Positions 55,766 through 64,000 of a stretch of 64,000 bases of DNA are shown in pieces (position 1 is the first letter of the stretch; every line of letters starts with the position of its first letter). The DNA lies in NCBI GenBank assembly GCA_965203325.1, contig OZ241875.1, positions 1,632,001 to 1,696,000 on the forward strand, in the 5' to 3' direction. The translations under genes and the position numbers were made by a program. This stretch comes from a bacterium (GTDB lineage Bacteria; UBA8248). The notes beneath the pieces were generated by a model. That model did no database searches, had not been told where the DNA came from, and saw nothing but the letters and a program-made list of their open reading frames with translations.

Positions 55766-56644
55766 TCAGTTCGATGCCCTCGCTTCTTGCGATTTGAGAG
55801 AATACGCTTGCGTCGTGTTCATCATCAGCATGGCGACCGTCATGGGTCCCACCCCGCCCGGCACCGGCGTGATGGCGGAAACCTTTTCGAGCAGAGGTTC
55901 GAAATCACAATCGCCGACCAGTTCCCCATCCACCCGGTTGATGCCGACGTCGACCACCACCGCTCCCTCGCGAACCATATCCGCGGTCAGGAATTTCGGC
56001 CGCCCCATGGCGGCCACGACGATGTCGGCTTCTCTCGTAATGGCGGGGATATCTCGCGTCCGGGAGTGGCACACCGTTATCGTTGCGTTTTCATGCATCA
56101 TCAGAATGGCCAGGGGAAGCCCCACGATCTTGCTGCGCCCGATGATGGCGGTTTTCTTCCCCTCCAGGCCGATATCGTAGAACTTCAGAATCTCGAGGAC
56201 GCCGGCGGGCGTGCAGGGCTTGAGCGCACCCTGCTTGAGCGCCAGTTTCCCGAAATTTTCCGGGTGAAACACGTCGGCGTCTTTTTGGGGGGATACCCTG
56301 CGCAACACTTCTTCTTCGTTCAAACCTTCGGGAAGCGGCAACTGCACCAGCATCCCGTCCACCTCGTCGTCCTGGTTCAACGCTTCGATGAGCGAGACGA
56401 TATCATCCTGGCCCGTGTCCTCGGGCAAATGGTGATCGAAAGTCCGGATGCCGAGTCTCTTGGCGGAACGCCCCTTGATGCGGACATACACCTGAGAGGC
56501 CGGGTCCTCACCCACGAGAACGACGGCGAGCCCCGGAGGCCTGCCCATCCGGGGCAGGAGGGCATCGATGGAGGCTTTCAACTCCTCCATCACCTTTTCC
56601 GCCACAGGTTTGCCTTCAAGGAGCAGGGCTTTTGCCATCTTCAT
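55766..56644 (-). CDS. folD: Bifunctional methylene-THF dehydrogenase/cyclohydrolase
   Basis: VQLPLP, PCTP, GRS.IVG, DVGINR and TPVPGGVGP motifs. Confidence 0.96.
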   Translation of the reverse strand: MKMAKALLLEGKPVAEKVMEELKASIDALLPRMGRPPGLAVVLVGEDPASQVYVRIKGRSAKRLGIRTFDHHLPEDTGQDDIVSLIEALNQDDEVDGMLVQLPLPEGLNEEEVLRRVSPQKDADVFHPENFGKLALKQGALKPCTPAGVLEILKFYDIGLEGKKTAIIGRSKIVGLPLAILMMHENATITVCHSRTRDIPAITREADIVVAAMGRPKFLTADMVREGAVVVDVGINRVDGELVGDCDFEPLLEKVSAITPVPGGVGPMTVAMLMMNTTQAYSLKSQEARASN

Positions 56645-56691
56645 CCTTCATCATCGGGCGAGCCGGCGGCGGACTTTATTATATTTGGCGA

Positions 56692-57663
56692 CTATACCAG
56701 AATCTTTCCGTCCTGGATGATCATCTGCTCATCCGCCCATACGGTGGGGTTGTCGAAGATCATGTCGATGTGGAGCGGGGCTTCGATCACGCCCCCGATG
56801 CTGCCGCTGTCGCCCACCGCCATGTGGCACGTGCCCCACGTCTTTTTCGCCTCCCGCATCGTCTCCCGGGGGCGGCATGCCGGATTCGTGCCGATGGCGA
56901 ATTCCGCCACGTTCTTCGCCAGGTCCCCGTTCTCATCCAGCAGTTTCCAGAACCTGTCCGCGGCGGCGCTTCCCGTGATGGACGCCACCTTGCCGTCCTT
57001 GATCTCGAGACGTATGGGCTCGGTGACGAAGCCCAGATCCTTCCGCTCGATGGAGAAGGGATTCACCATCACGCCGTTCGACGTGCCCTCAAGAGGGCTC
57101 ATGGCCGCTTCGCCGTCGGGACACGCCGCGAATTCGCCGGATTTTCTCGCCACGCCGATGAGCGGGAAGCAGGTCCTGCCTTCCAGCGAGAATTCCATGT
57201 CGCACCCATCGGGCGTCGTGAACCGGCCCGTCTTGGCCTCGGTGTAGATGTCGGAAATCGTCCGGGTGACCCGGGCGAGTTCGTCGTAGTCGGCCAGGGC
57301 GCCGCCCGCGACCATCATGTCCTCGCGCCATCCCCACATGTCCAGAACGCGCGCGCCCTCCCTGAGCGCGTTCCTCGCCGTCTCGGTATGGATGGTGGCG
57401 AAGCTGGTCTGGAGTATCACCACGTCCGATGCCGCCATCGCCGCCCCCACATGCGGCAGCGGGTCGATTCCCCCGTTCATGTGAGGGGGCATGTGCATGA
57501 CGGAGAGTCTGGCGCCTGCGCCGCTCAAGGCATGGGCCAGCGCCTCGGTGACCGAAGCGGGGCGATCCGAATCCGTCACGAGAAGCACCAGCTCGCCCTC
57601 TTTCACGTCAAGAACCTGCTCTACGATTCGTCTGGCGGTAGGCGCCATATTGAACTTTACCAT
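56692..57663 (-). CDS. M29/leucyl aminopeptidase-like metalloprotein
   Basis: [21 protein letters not shown] and HID motifs. Confidence 0.8.
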   Translation of the reverse strand: MVKFNMAPTARRIVEQVLDVKEGELVLLVTDSDRPASVTEALAHALSGAGARLSVMHMPPHMNGGIDPLPHVGAAMAASDVVILQTSFATIHTETARNALREGARVLDMWGWREDMMVAGGALADYDELARVTRTISDIYTEAKTGRFTTPDGCDMEFSLEGRTCFPLIGVARKSGEFAACPDGEAAMSPLEGTSNGVMVNPFSIERKDLGFVTEPIRLEIKDGKVASITGSAAADRFWKLLDENGDLAKNVAEFAIGTNPACRPRETMREAKKTWGTCHMAVGDSGSIGGVIEAPLHIDMIFDNPTVWADEQMIIQDGKILV

Positions 57664-57854
57664 TTCATCACCCCTGCATTATGGAAACTGAAATTGACGA
57701 TGCCTCGATTCGAAATGAACCGGTTACCGGCGGAACTTTCTTTTGGACGGATTGCATTATATGGGCCGATGAAACGTACTCGCAAGGGCGCGGCTTGATA
57801 TGCGAAAATCAGCCGTATCTCACAGATTCCGGTTCTCTCAAATGTGAGTCACAA

Positions 57855-58271
57855 ATGGAAACGCCCAGAAATCCTTATCTTACAGTGGACGTCATCATCG
57901 AAATCGAGGATGAGAAGGGCGAGCAAGGGGTCGTGATGATTGAGCGCAAAAATCCTCCCTATGGATGGGCTTTGCCGGGTGGATTCGTCGACTACGGGGA
58001 AACGCTCGAAAGCGCTGCAATACGAGAAGCCAAAGAGGAAACCTCGCTCGATGTGGAACTGATTCGCCAGTTTCATGCCTACAGCGACCCCGGGCGCGAC
58101 GAGAGGCAGCACAACGTGACCGTCGTGTTCATCGCAAGGGTTCTTGGCGGAGTCTTAAAAGCGCGGGACGACGCCAGGCGCGCAGGCGTTTTCGCCGAAA
58201 ACTCCCTGCCCGCTGAAATCGCATTTGATCACGCGGACATTCTAAACGATTATTTTTCAAGGAAGTACTAG
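57855..58271 (+). CDS. NUDIX hydrolase (ADP-ribose pyrophosphatase-like)
   Basis: [23 protein letters not shown]udix box; AFDH. Confidence 0.92.
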   Translation: METPRNPYLTVDVIIEIEDEKGEQGVVMIERKNPPYGWALPGGFVDYGETLESAAIREAKEETSLDVELIRQFHAYSDPGRDERQHNVTVVFIARVLGGVLKARDDARRAGVFAENSLPAEIAFDHADILNDYFSRKY

Positions 58272-58384
58272 CGTGACCCGCCTGGGCGAAAGGCGTATCG
58301 AAACACAGTGTGCTATGATGGATAGGTAACGTGGGGGAGCACGCCTGTTTCCCCGATTTTTCTTTGACTTAGGGTTTACGAGAC

Positions 58385-59092
58385 ATGGGTGGACTCCTCG
58401 GAAGTTTCGGGCGCGGATTCGAGTCGATGCGAAAGGACATCGCCGCCGTCATGGAGCGCGACCCCGCCTGCAGGTCGAAACTGGAGGTGATTCTCTGCTA
58501 TCCGGGATTTCACGCCGTCTGCCTGCACCGGATGGCCCACTACTTCTGGAAGCGGGGCTTTCTGCTCCTGGCGCGCTGGCTGAGCCACTGGAACCGGTTC
58601 ATCACGGGCATCGAAATTCATCCGGGCGCGCGGATCGGCGAAGGGCTATTCATCGACCACGGCATGGGCGTCGTCATCGGTGAAACGACGCATATCGGGA
58701 AAAACTGCACCATCTACCAGGGGGTGACGCTCGGCGGCGTGAGCCTCAAGAAAGAAAAAAGGCATCCCTCTCTGGAGGACAACGTCGTCGTCGGCGTCGG
58801 CGCCCGGGTGCTGGGTCCGCACGTCATCGGCGCAGGCAGCCGCATCGGCGCCAGTTCGGTCGTCATCTCGGACGTTCCGCCCGGCTGCACGGTCGTCGGC
58901 GTGCCCGCGCGCATCGTCTACCGGGAGGGGCAAGGCAAAACGGACGATCTGCTCCCCGTCTCTTTCGAGCACCACGAGTTGCCCGACCCGGTGGAGGCGG
59001 CCATTCAGGCCCTGAACCAGCGCATCGCGGCCCTCGAGAGAGAACTGGCCCAGGCGCGGGAACCGGCACAGGAAAAACAAGAGACCCCATGA
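58385..59092 (+). CDS. cysE: Serine O-acetyltransferase
   Basis: [27 protein letters not shown] and KRHP motifs. Confidence 0.95.
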   Translation: MGGLLGSFGRGFESMRKDIAAVMERDPACRSKLEVILCYPGFHAVCLHRMAHYFWKRGFLLLARWLSHWNRFITGIEIHPGARIGEGLFIDHGMGVVIGETTHIGKNCTIYQGVTLGGVSLKKEKRHPSLEDNVVVGVGARVLGPHVIGAGSRIGASSVVISDVPPGCTVVGVPARIVYREGQGKTDDLLPVSFEHHELPDPVEAAIQALNQRIAALERELAQAREPAQEKQETP

Positions 59093-60258
59093 ACACCATC
59101 TACATGGACCACAACGCGACCACCCCGATGCGGCCCGAGGTTCTGGCCGCGATGCAGCCCTATCTCGGCGAGAAATTCGGGAACCCGAACAGCATCCACC
59201 GGTACGGCCGCGAAACCAGAATCGCGATTGAAGACGCCCGCGACCATGCGGCGGCCCTCATCGGCGCCGTTGACAGCGATGAAATCTTCTTCACCTCAGG
59301 CGGTACGGAGAGCGACAACTGGGCGCTCCGGGGCGTCGTCTCCGCTGCGGGGGGAAGGAGCCACATCGTCACCACGGCGATCGAGCACGAGGCCGTCCTC
59401 GCGACGTGCCAGACCCTGGAAGCGGAGGGGGCGGAAGTCACCTACGTGAAGCCGGACCGGAAGGGGCGCGTCATAGCCCAAGACGTGGCGGCGGCGATCC
59501 GGCCGGATACCAAAATCGTGTCCGTCATGTGGGGCAACAACGAGGTCGGCACGGTTCAGCCGATCCATGAGATCGGCGCACTTTGCCGGGAGCGCGGAAT
59601 CCTGTTCCACACCGACGCCGTGCAGGCGATGGGGAAGGAGGCCATCGACGTGGAGCGCGCCGGCGTGTCCCTGCTTTCCGCCACCGGACACAAATTCAAT
59701 GCTTTGAAGGGCGCGGGCTTTTTATACGTCAAAAAAGGAACCGAGCTCGACCCCTTCATGACCGGCGGCGGGCAGGAGCAGAAACTCCGCTCGGGCACGG
59801 AGAACGTGGCCGGCATCGTGGCGTTGGGGGAAGCGTGCCGCATCGCGAAAGAAGAAGGCCCGCAATCCGCCAGGAACGTCGCCGCCATGAGAGACCGGCT
59901 CGAAAACGAAATCTGCGAGCACGTTCCCGACGTGCTGGTCAACGGCGATACGGCGCACAGGCTGCCCGGCACGTCGAACCTGGGCTTCATCGGCGCGGAA
60001 GGGGAAACACTCCTGATCCGCCTGGATCTCGAGGGCATCGCCGTAAGCACGGGGGCGGCCTGCAGCTCCGGCTCCCCCGAGCCCAGCCACGTTCTTCTGG
60101 CGATGGATTTGCCCCAGGAAACCGTGCAGGGCTCGCTCAGGTTCAGCCTCGGCTACGGCAACTCGGATGCGGACATCGACAGGCTGCTCGAAGTGCTGCC
60201 CGAGGCCGTCAGCAAGGTGCGCGAGATGGCGCCGCGCCTCAAATCGACGAAAACGTGA
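59089..60258 (+). CDS. iscS: Cysteine desulfurase (IscS/NifS)
   Basis: [24 protein letters not shown] and STGAACSS motifs. Confidence 0.93.
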   Translation: MNTIYMDHNATTPMRPEVLAAMQPYLGEKFGNPNSIHRYGRETRIAIEDARDHAAALIGAVDSDEIFFTSGGTESDNWALRGVVSAAGGRSHIVTTAIEHEAVLATCQTLEAEGAEVTYVKPDRKGRVIAQDVAAAIRPDTKIVSVMWGNNEVGTVQPIHEIGALCRERGILFHTDAVQAMGKEAIDVERAGVSLLSATGHKFNALKGAGFLYVKKGTELDPFMTGGGQEQKLRSGTENVAGIVALGEACRIAKEEGPQSARNVAAMRDRLENEICEHVPDVLVNGDTAHRLPGTSNLGFIGAEGETLLIRLDLEGIAVSTGAACSSGSPEPSHVLLAMDLPQETVQGSLRFSLGYGNSDADIDRLLEVLPEAVSKVREMAPRLKSTKT

Positions 60259-60267
60259 GAAAAATCC

Positions 60268-60660
60268 GTGGCTCCCAAAGACGATTACCACTATAACGAG
60301 ACGGTCCTCCGCCACATCGCCGACCCGCGCAACATCGGCGTCATCGAAGACGCGGACGCCGAGGGGAGCGGCACGAACCCCGTCTGCGGGGATGAAGTGA
60401 CGCTCTACCTCAAATTCGAGGGCGTGGCGGTCACCGACGCCAGGATCAGGATTCTCGGCTGCGGGGCGATCACCGCCGCCATGAGTTCCCTGACGGATAT
60501 GGTGCGCGGAAAAACCGCGGAGGAGCTTTTGGAAATCACCGCGGAGGAGATCGCGCAAAGCGTCGGCGGCCTCCCCACCCACAAACGCCACTGCGCCACC
60601 CTCGCCCGGCGGATACTCCAGAACGCCCTGAAATCGAGAAGCTTAAAGAACTCTCCATGA
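60268..60660 (+). CDS. iscU: Fe-S cluster scaffold (IscU/NifU N-terminal domain)
   Basis: PRNIG, NPVCGD, GC and K.HC motifs. Confidence 0.9.
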   Translation: MAPKDDYHYNETVLRHIADPRNIGVIEDADAEGSGTNPVCGDEVTLYLKFEGVAVTDARIRILGCGAITAAMSSLTDMVRGKTAEELLEITAEEIAQSVGGLPTHKRHCATLARRILQNALKSRSLKNSP

Positions 60661-61118
60661 GGCCATCTCTATCGGTCAAAGTCCTGGAACTGGACGGCTT
60701 GAAGCTCTGGGCGCTTCGCACGGACGCGCCTGCGACGCCTGAGACCATCGGCCTCACCCAGGCGCGCCTGCTCCGGATATGCGGGAACCTCCCCCGCATC
60801 GGCCCCGCTTGCGGATTCGACCATGGAGAGGGGGGATACGAAGCGTGCCGGCGAGCGCTTTCGGATCTGCCAAGACCTGAAGAACTCCATGAGACGAACT
60901 TTCCGGGCGGATGGCATGCGGTGGGTACGCACAGCGGGGGATACGAGGCGCTTTGCGTCACGTTGGGCGAGATGCTCGAACAATGGCTGCCGCACAGCGG
61001 TTTCAGGAGAAGAGAAGGCCCGCTGGTGTACCGTTACGTCACCGACCCCCGCGAAACGGCGGAAGCCGACATCCGAACCGAAATCTGCGTGCCCGTTCAG
61101 CCCGATCCGATTGAGTGA
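60657..61118 (+). CDS. GyrI-like small-molecule-binding domain protein
   Basis: H.GGY..L, WLP.SG and Y..DP..T....RTEI.VPV motifs; ATGA-coupled to iscU. Confidence 0.75.
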   Translation: MRPSLSVKVLELDGLKLWALRTDAPATPETIGLTQARLLRICGNLPRIGPACGFDHGEGGYEACRRALSDLPRPEELHETNFPGGWHAVGTHSGGYEALCVTLGEMLEQWLPHSGFRRREGPLVYRYVTDPRETAEADIRTEICVPVQPDPIE

Positions 61119-61126
61119 GGGGCATC

Positions 61127-61346
61127 GGACAGGTCGCGACCTGTCCCTACGAGAACCACATAAATCGAATCGAACCCGTAGGGGCGGCCCCCCGTGATTC
61201 GCCTTCGGTCGTCATTCCGGCGAAAGCCGGAATCCATTTGCGGGTGCGGGTGAATGAACTGCGGTGTATCCTTCCCCGCCGATGCGCGGGAACCATGACG
61301 AAAGGCAAAAGGCGTAAAATGGATTCCGGCTTTCGCCGGAATGACG
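61127..61346. repeat. GTAG REPs plus a CGTC-type inverted pair
   Basis: GGACAGGTCGCGACCTGTCCCTAC at 61127; 30-bp perfect IR CGTCATTCCGGCGAAAGCCGGAATCCATTT at 61210-61346. Confidence 0.9.
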
Positions 61347-61403
61347 GTGGGTTATCTCGGTCGACGGGGAAAGGAACAAGGACAAATCACGGTCTCAGAC
61401 AAA

Positions 61404-63800
61404 TCACGCCCGGGAGATCCGGCACAGCAAACTCTTGAGGTTCGTCTGGTCCGAGCACGGGTCGCGCTGCGTGATGTCCGTCAGGAAATTCACCGACCGC
61501 CAGGGGTGGTAGGGCTGGCGCTCCCCCCAGCCGATGGGAACGTATACCGCGTCCTCCCGGATGCCCGCATTCACCCAGGCCATCGCCTCGATGGCGCCGT
61601 GCGCCGTCTCCACCCGGACTTTCTCGCCGTCTTCGATTCCCAGTTCTCGCGCTTTCAGAGGATGAATCTGGCAATAGAGGTCCGGCCACATCTCCTGCGC
61701 CTGCCAGAAATAATGCGTCCAGCTATGAAAATGCGGCGCGGGCGGGCGGCCCGTTATGAGCGTCGTCTCGAAGCCTTGCCGGCGTAGCACATCGCCCGGG
61801 TTCTTCCCGTCGGGCTGAATGATTCTGGCGGCGCGGGAACCCGTGGGCGCCTTGGAGAACGGGGAGATGATCGCCAGATCGTCATCTTCGTGTTCATATT
61901 CGAGATACGGCAACCCCAGGAGATTCTCTTTCTCGCTGTAGAACTCAGGCAGCGCTGAGAGTCCGACTTGAGAGAATTTTTCCTCCAACGCCTCCGTCCA
62001 GAACTCCAGCCTTCCGCTCGGCGTCGGGAAGCGCTTGCCCTCCGGCTGCCCGGTGGCGGTCGTTCCTTCGAGATAAAGCGTCTCCTGCTCCGGGGCGTCC
62101 TCGCTCGCGACGGGGAAACGCACCCACCGGTAGGGAACCGAGTGGAGGCGTTTCTGCGTCACGCCCCGGAGGAAATCGTTGTCGATGCACATCTCGTCCC
62201 AGAACCTGCCCGGGTCCTTGTATTCCTCTTTCATCACGTCGCCGAACCCGAGGCGCCTGCCGAGTTCCGTCCATATCCACCCGTCGGGCTTCGCCTCTCC
62301 CGGCGGGTCGATCATCTTGTCGATCCAGACGATTCTCCTGTCGTCGTTCGTGCGGCCCAGCTCGCCTTTCTCGATCCCCCCCGCCGCGGGCAGCACGTAA
62401 TCCGCATAGGCTGAGGTCTCGTTCACGAACAACTCGATGTGGACGATGAGGTCGAGCGCTTTGAATGCCGCACGCGCCTCATCCTGACCCGGCCATTGCG
62501 CGAGCGGGTTGTTGCACGTGATGAGGCCCTTGATGGGATACGGCTCCCCCTTCCGCATGGCGCTCAGCCAGCCGGCCGGGCTCCTGCGCACCATCGGCTT
62601 CCCGATTTCCGCCCGTCTGTGCTCGGGCGCGTTGGCGGCGATGGGCGGCCCCGCCGTCATGTTCACATAGGCGCCGCCCTTTCGGCCCCAGTTCCCCGTT
62701 ATCGCGGCGACGAACATGAACGCCCGGTTGGTCTGCACCGAGTTGGTGTGCTGGTTGAGTCCCCGGCTCCCGAAGATGACGCAGCCGTCCGCCCCCGCCA
62801 CGTCCCCGGCGAGCGCGCGAATCTCATCCGCGGGTATGCCCGTCACGCCCTCCGCCCAATCGGGGGAATAGCCCTTGGCGATAATGAAATCGCGCCAGCG
62901 CTCCCAGCCGAGCACCCATTCATCGCAAAAAGGCTGATCGTGCAAATTTTCAGAGAGAATATGGTGGACCATGGCTAGGCCGAGCGCCATGTCGGTGCCG
63001 GGGCGGATGGCGAGCCATTTGTCCGCCTTGCTCGCCGTCGCGGTATACCTCGGGTCGACGACCACCATCTTCGTCTTGTTCCTGATGCGCCAGTCGTTCA
63101 CCTTGCCGAAGTAGACCGGGCGCGTCTCCGCCTGGTTGTCCCCGACGTAGAGATACATCCCCGCGCTGCCGATATCCTCCGGCGTATAGCTGTTCCCGTT
63201 GCCGTTGATCCCGTGCGTCACCTCGTAGGCGACCACCTTGCCCGCCGCGCAGAACGGGTCCGTCCCCTGGAGATTCGGCGTGCCCCACATCTGGCTGAAC
63301 AGCCGCGCATAGCCTTTCTGCGTAATCAACCCCGTGCGGGTCCCTACGAACATCGCCAGCGCCTCCGTGCCCCACTTTTCCTTCAGGACTTCGAGTTTCG
63401 CGGCGATCTCATCGAGCGCCTGCTCCCAGGTGATGCGCTCGAACGCATTTTCGCCCCGGCGGCCGACGCGCTTCAAGGGATATTTCAGGCGGTGTTCGTT
63501 GTGGTGGAGCTGCAGCGTGAACTGCGCCTTGGGGCAGATTTTTCCGTCCAGGACGGGGTCTTCATCGTTCCCCGTCACGTTGATGAGCTTATCGCCCTGG
63601 AAATGAAACTTGGCGGTGCAGCAGTTGAAGCAGAAATTACACCCCCCCGGCTCGACGCGGTCCGCCTGGAGCGCGTTTTTGTCGTGCAGGTAGGGAAAGG
63701 CGGGGCCTTTCTCCTCGAAAACGCCGTTCGCTTCGGGTGAATCCACGAACCGGGGCCGGCTCGGTTTTTCACCCGAACCCAAGCCGTCCTTTCCGTTCAC
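61404..63800 (-). CDS. Molybdopterin (bis-MGD) oxidoreductase catalytic subunit, DMSO reductase superfamily
   Basis: CNFCFNCC...CPK Fe-S motif, RL.YPLKR, VDPR, IRPGTD, ADYVLPA and a C-terminal molybdopterin-binding domain; no Tat signal. Confidence 0.93.
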   Translation of the reverse strand: MNGKDGLGSGEKPSRPRFVDSPEANGVFEEKGPAFPYLHDKNALQADRVEPGGCNFCFNCCTAKFHFQGDKLINVTGNDEDPVLDGKICPKAQFTLQLHHNEHRLKYPLKRVGRRGENAFERITWEQALDEIAAKLEVLKEKWGTEALAMFVGTRTGLITQKGYARLFSQMWGTPNLQGTDPFCAAGKVVAYEVTHGINGNGNSYTPEDIGSAGMYLYVGDNQAETRPVYFGKVNDWRIRNKTKMVVVDPRYTATASKADKWLAIRPGTDMALGLAMVHHILSENLHDQPFCDEWVLGWERWRDFIIAKGYSPDWAEGVTGIPADEIRALAGDVAGADGCVIFGSRGLNQHTNSVQTNRAFMFVAAITGNWGRKGGAYVNMTAGPPIAANAPEHRRAEIGKPMVRRSPAGWLSAMRKGEPYPIKGLITCNNPLAQWPGQDEARAAFKALDLIVHIELFVNETSAYADYVLPAAGGIEKGELGRTNDDRRIVWIDKMIDPPGEAKPDGWIWTELGRRLGFGDVMKEEYKDPGRFWDEMCIDNDFLRGVTQKRLHSVPYRWVRFPVASEDAPEQETLYLEGTTATGQPEGKRFPTPSGRLEFWTEALEEKFSQVGLSALPEFYSEKENLLGLPYLEYEHEDDDLAIISPFSKAPTGSRAARIIQPDGKNPGDVLRRQGFETTLITGRPPAPHFHSWTHYFWQAQEMWPDLYCQIHPLKARELGIEDGEKVRVETAHGAIEAMAWVNAGIREDAVYVPIGWGERQPYHPWRSVNFLTDITQRDPCSDQTNLKSLLCRISRA

Positions 63801-64000
63801 GCGACTGTTTTCCCTCGCGATTTTCTCCAGATATATCGTCTGCGGCTTCAGGAGAAAATGATCGTGATCCCGAAGATGACGACCCTCTCCCTCCGCTTGT
63901 TCGAGAAGCGTGTCCCTTTCGCCGAAAGAAATCGCGTAGCCCGGACAGATCTCGGCGCAGGCGGGCTCCAGATTCTTCTCCCGTCTGTCGGGGCAGAGGT
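63769..64000 (-). CDS. 4Fe-4S dicluster electron-transfer subunit (DmsB/NrfC-like), C-terminal part
   Basis: Hand translation ...LCPDRREKNLEPACAEICPGYAISFGE...; overlaps the start of the catalytic subunit. Confidence 0.85.
   Translation of the reverse strand, partial: PLPRQTGEESGARLRRDLSGLRDFFRRKGHASRTSGGRGSSSSGSRSFSPEAADDISGENREGKQSRERKGRLGFG

Overview
High-GC bacterial chromosomal window; the taxon cannot be fixed from sequence alone. (1) 1-7.1 kb: a partial CocE/NonD hydrolase, an AT-rich three-gene cassette (small ORF + HicB-like + HicA-like), and a Mu-like prophage remnant. The remnant has an HTH ORF, a YegP-like ORF, a GH24 endolysin, a 3TM holin, gp26-like and gp27/DUF3486 small-terminase-like genes, and opposite-strand cargo; no large terminase, capsid, tail or transposase genes are visible. 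(2) 7.2-20 kb: LysR/gltBD, an 11-residue tandem-repeat coiled-coil protein, a metallophosphoesterase, metF, a peroxiredoxin, SOD, tRNA-Thr(CGT) and tRNA-Lys(TTT). (3) 20-39 kb: accessory catabolic/redox genes dense in palindromic repeats. These include an AhpD-like gene split by an in-frame TGA in a CxxU motif with a SECIS-like hairpin (probable selenoprotein), a 4xMaoC/acyl-CoA synthetase/SDR operon, two REP-associated tyrosine transposases (one with a nonsense codon) carrying their own REPs in-frame, fumC, an LLM oxidoreductase, a SelA-like gene that appears to start at ATT, acnA and an Eco29kI-like remnant. (4) 40-64 kb: mostly housekeeping genes (rlmN, nth-like, tlyA-dxs-ispA-xseB-xseA-folD, cysE-iscS-iscU) and a cytoplasmic molybdopterin oxidoreductase with its Fe-S partner. 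No CRISPR array or rRNA was seen. Family assignments come from motif recognition, not database searches.
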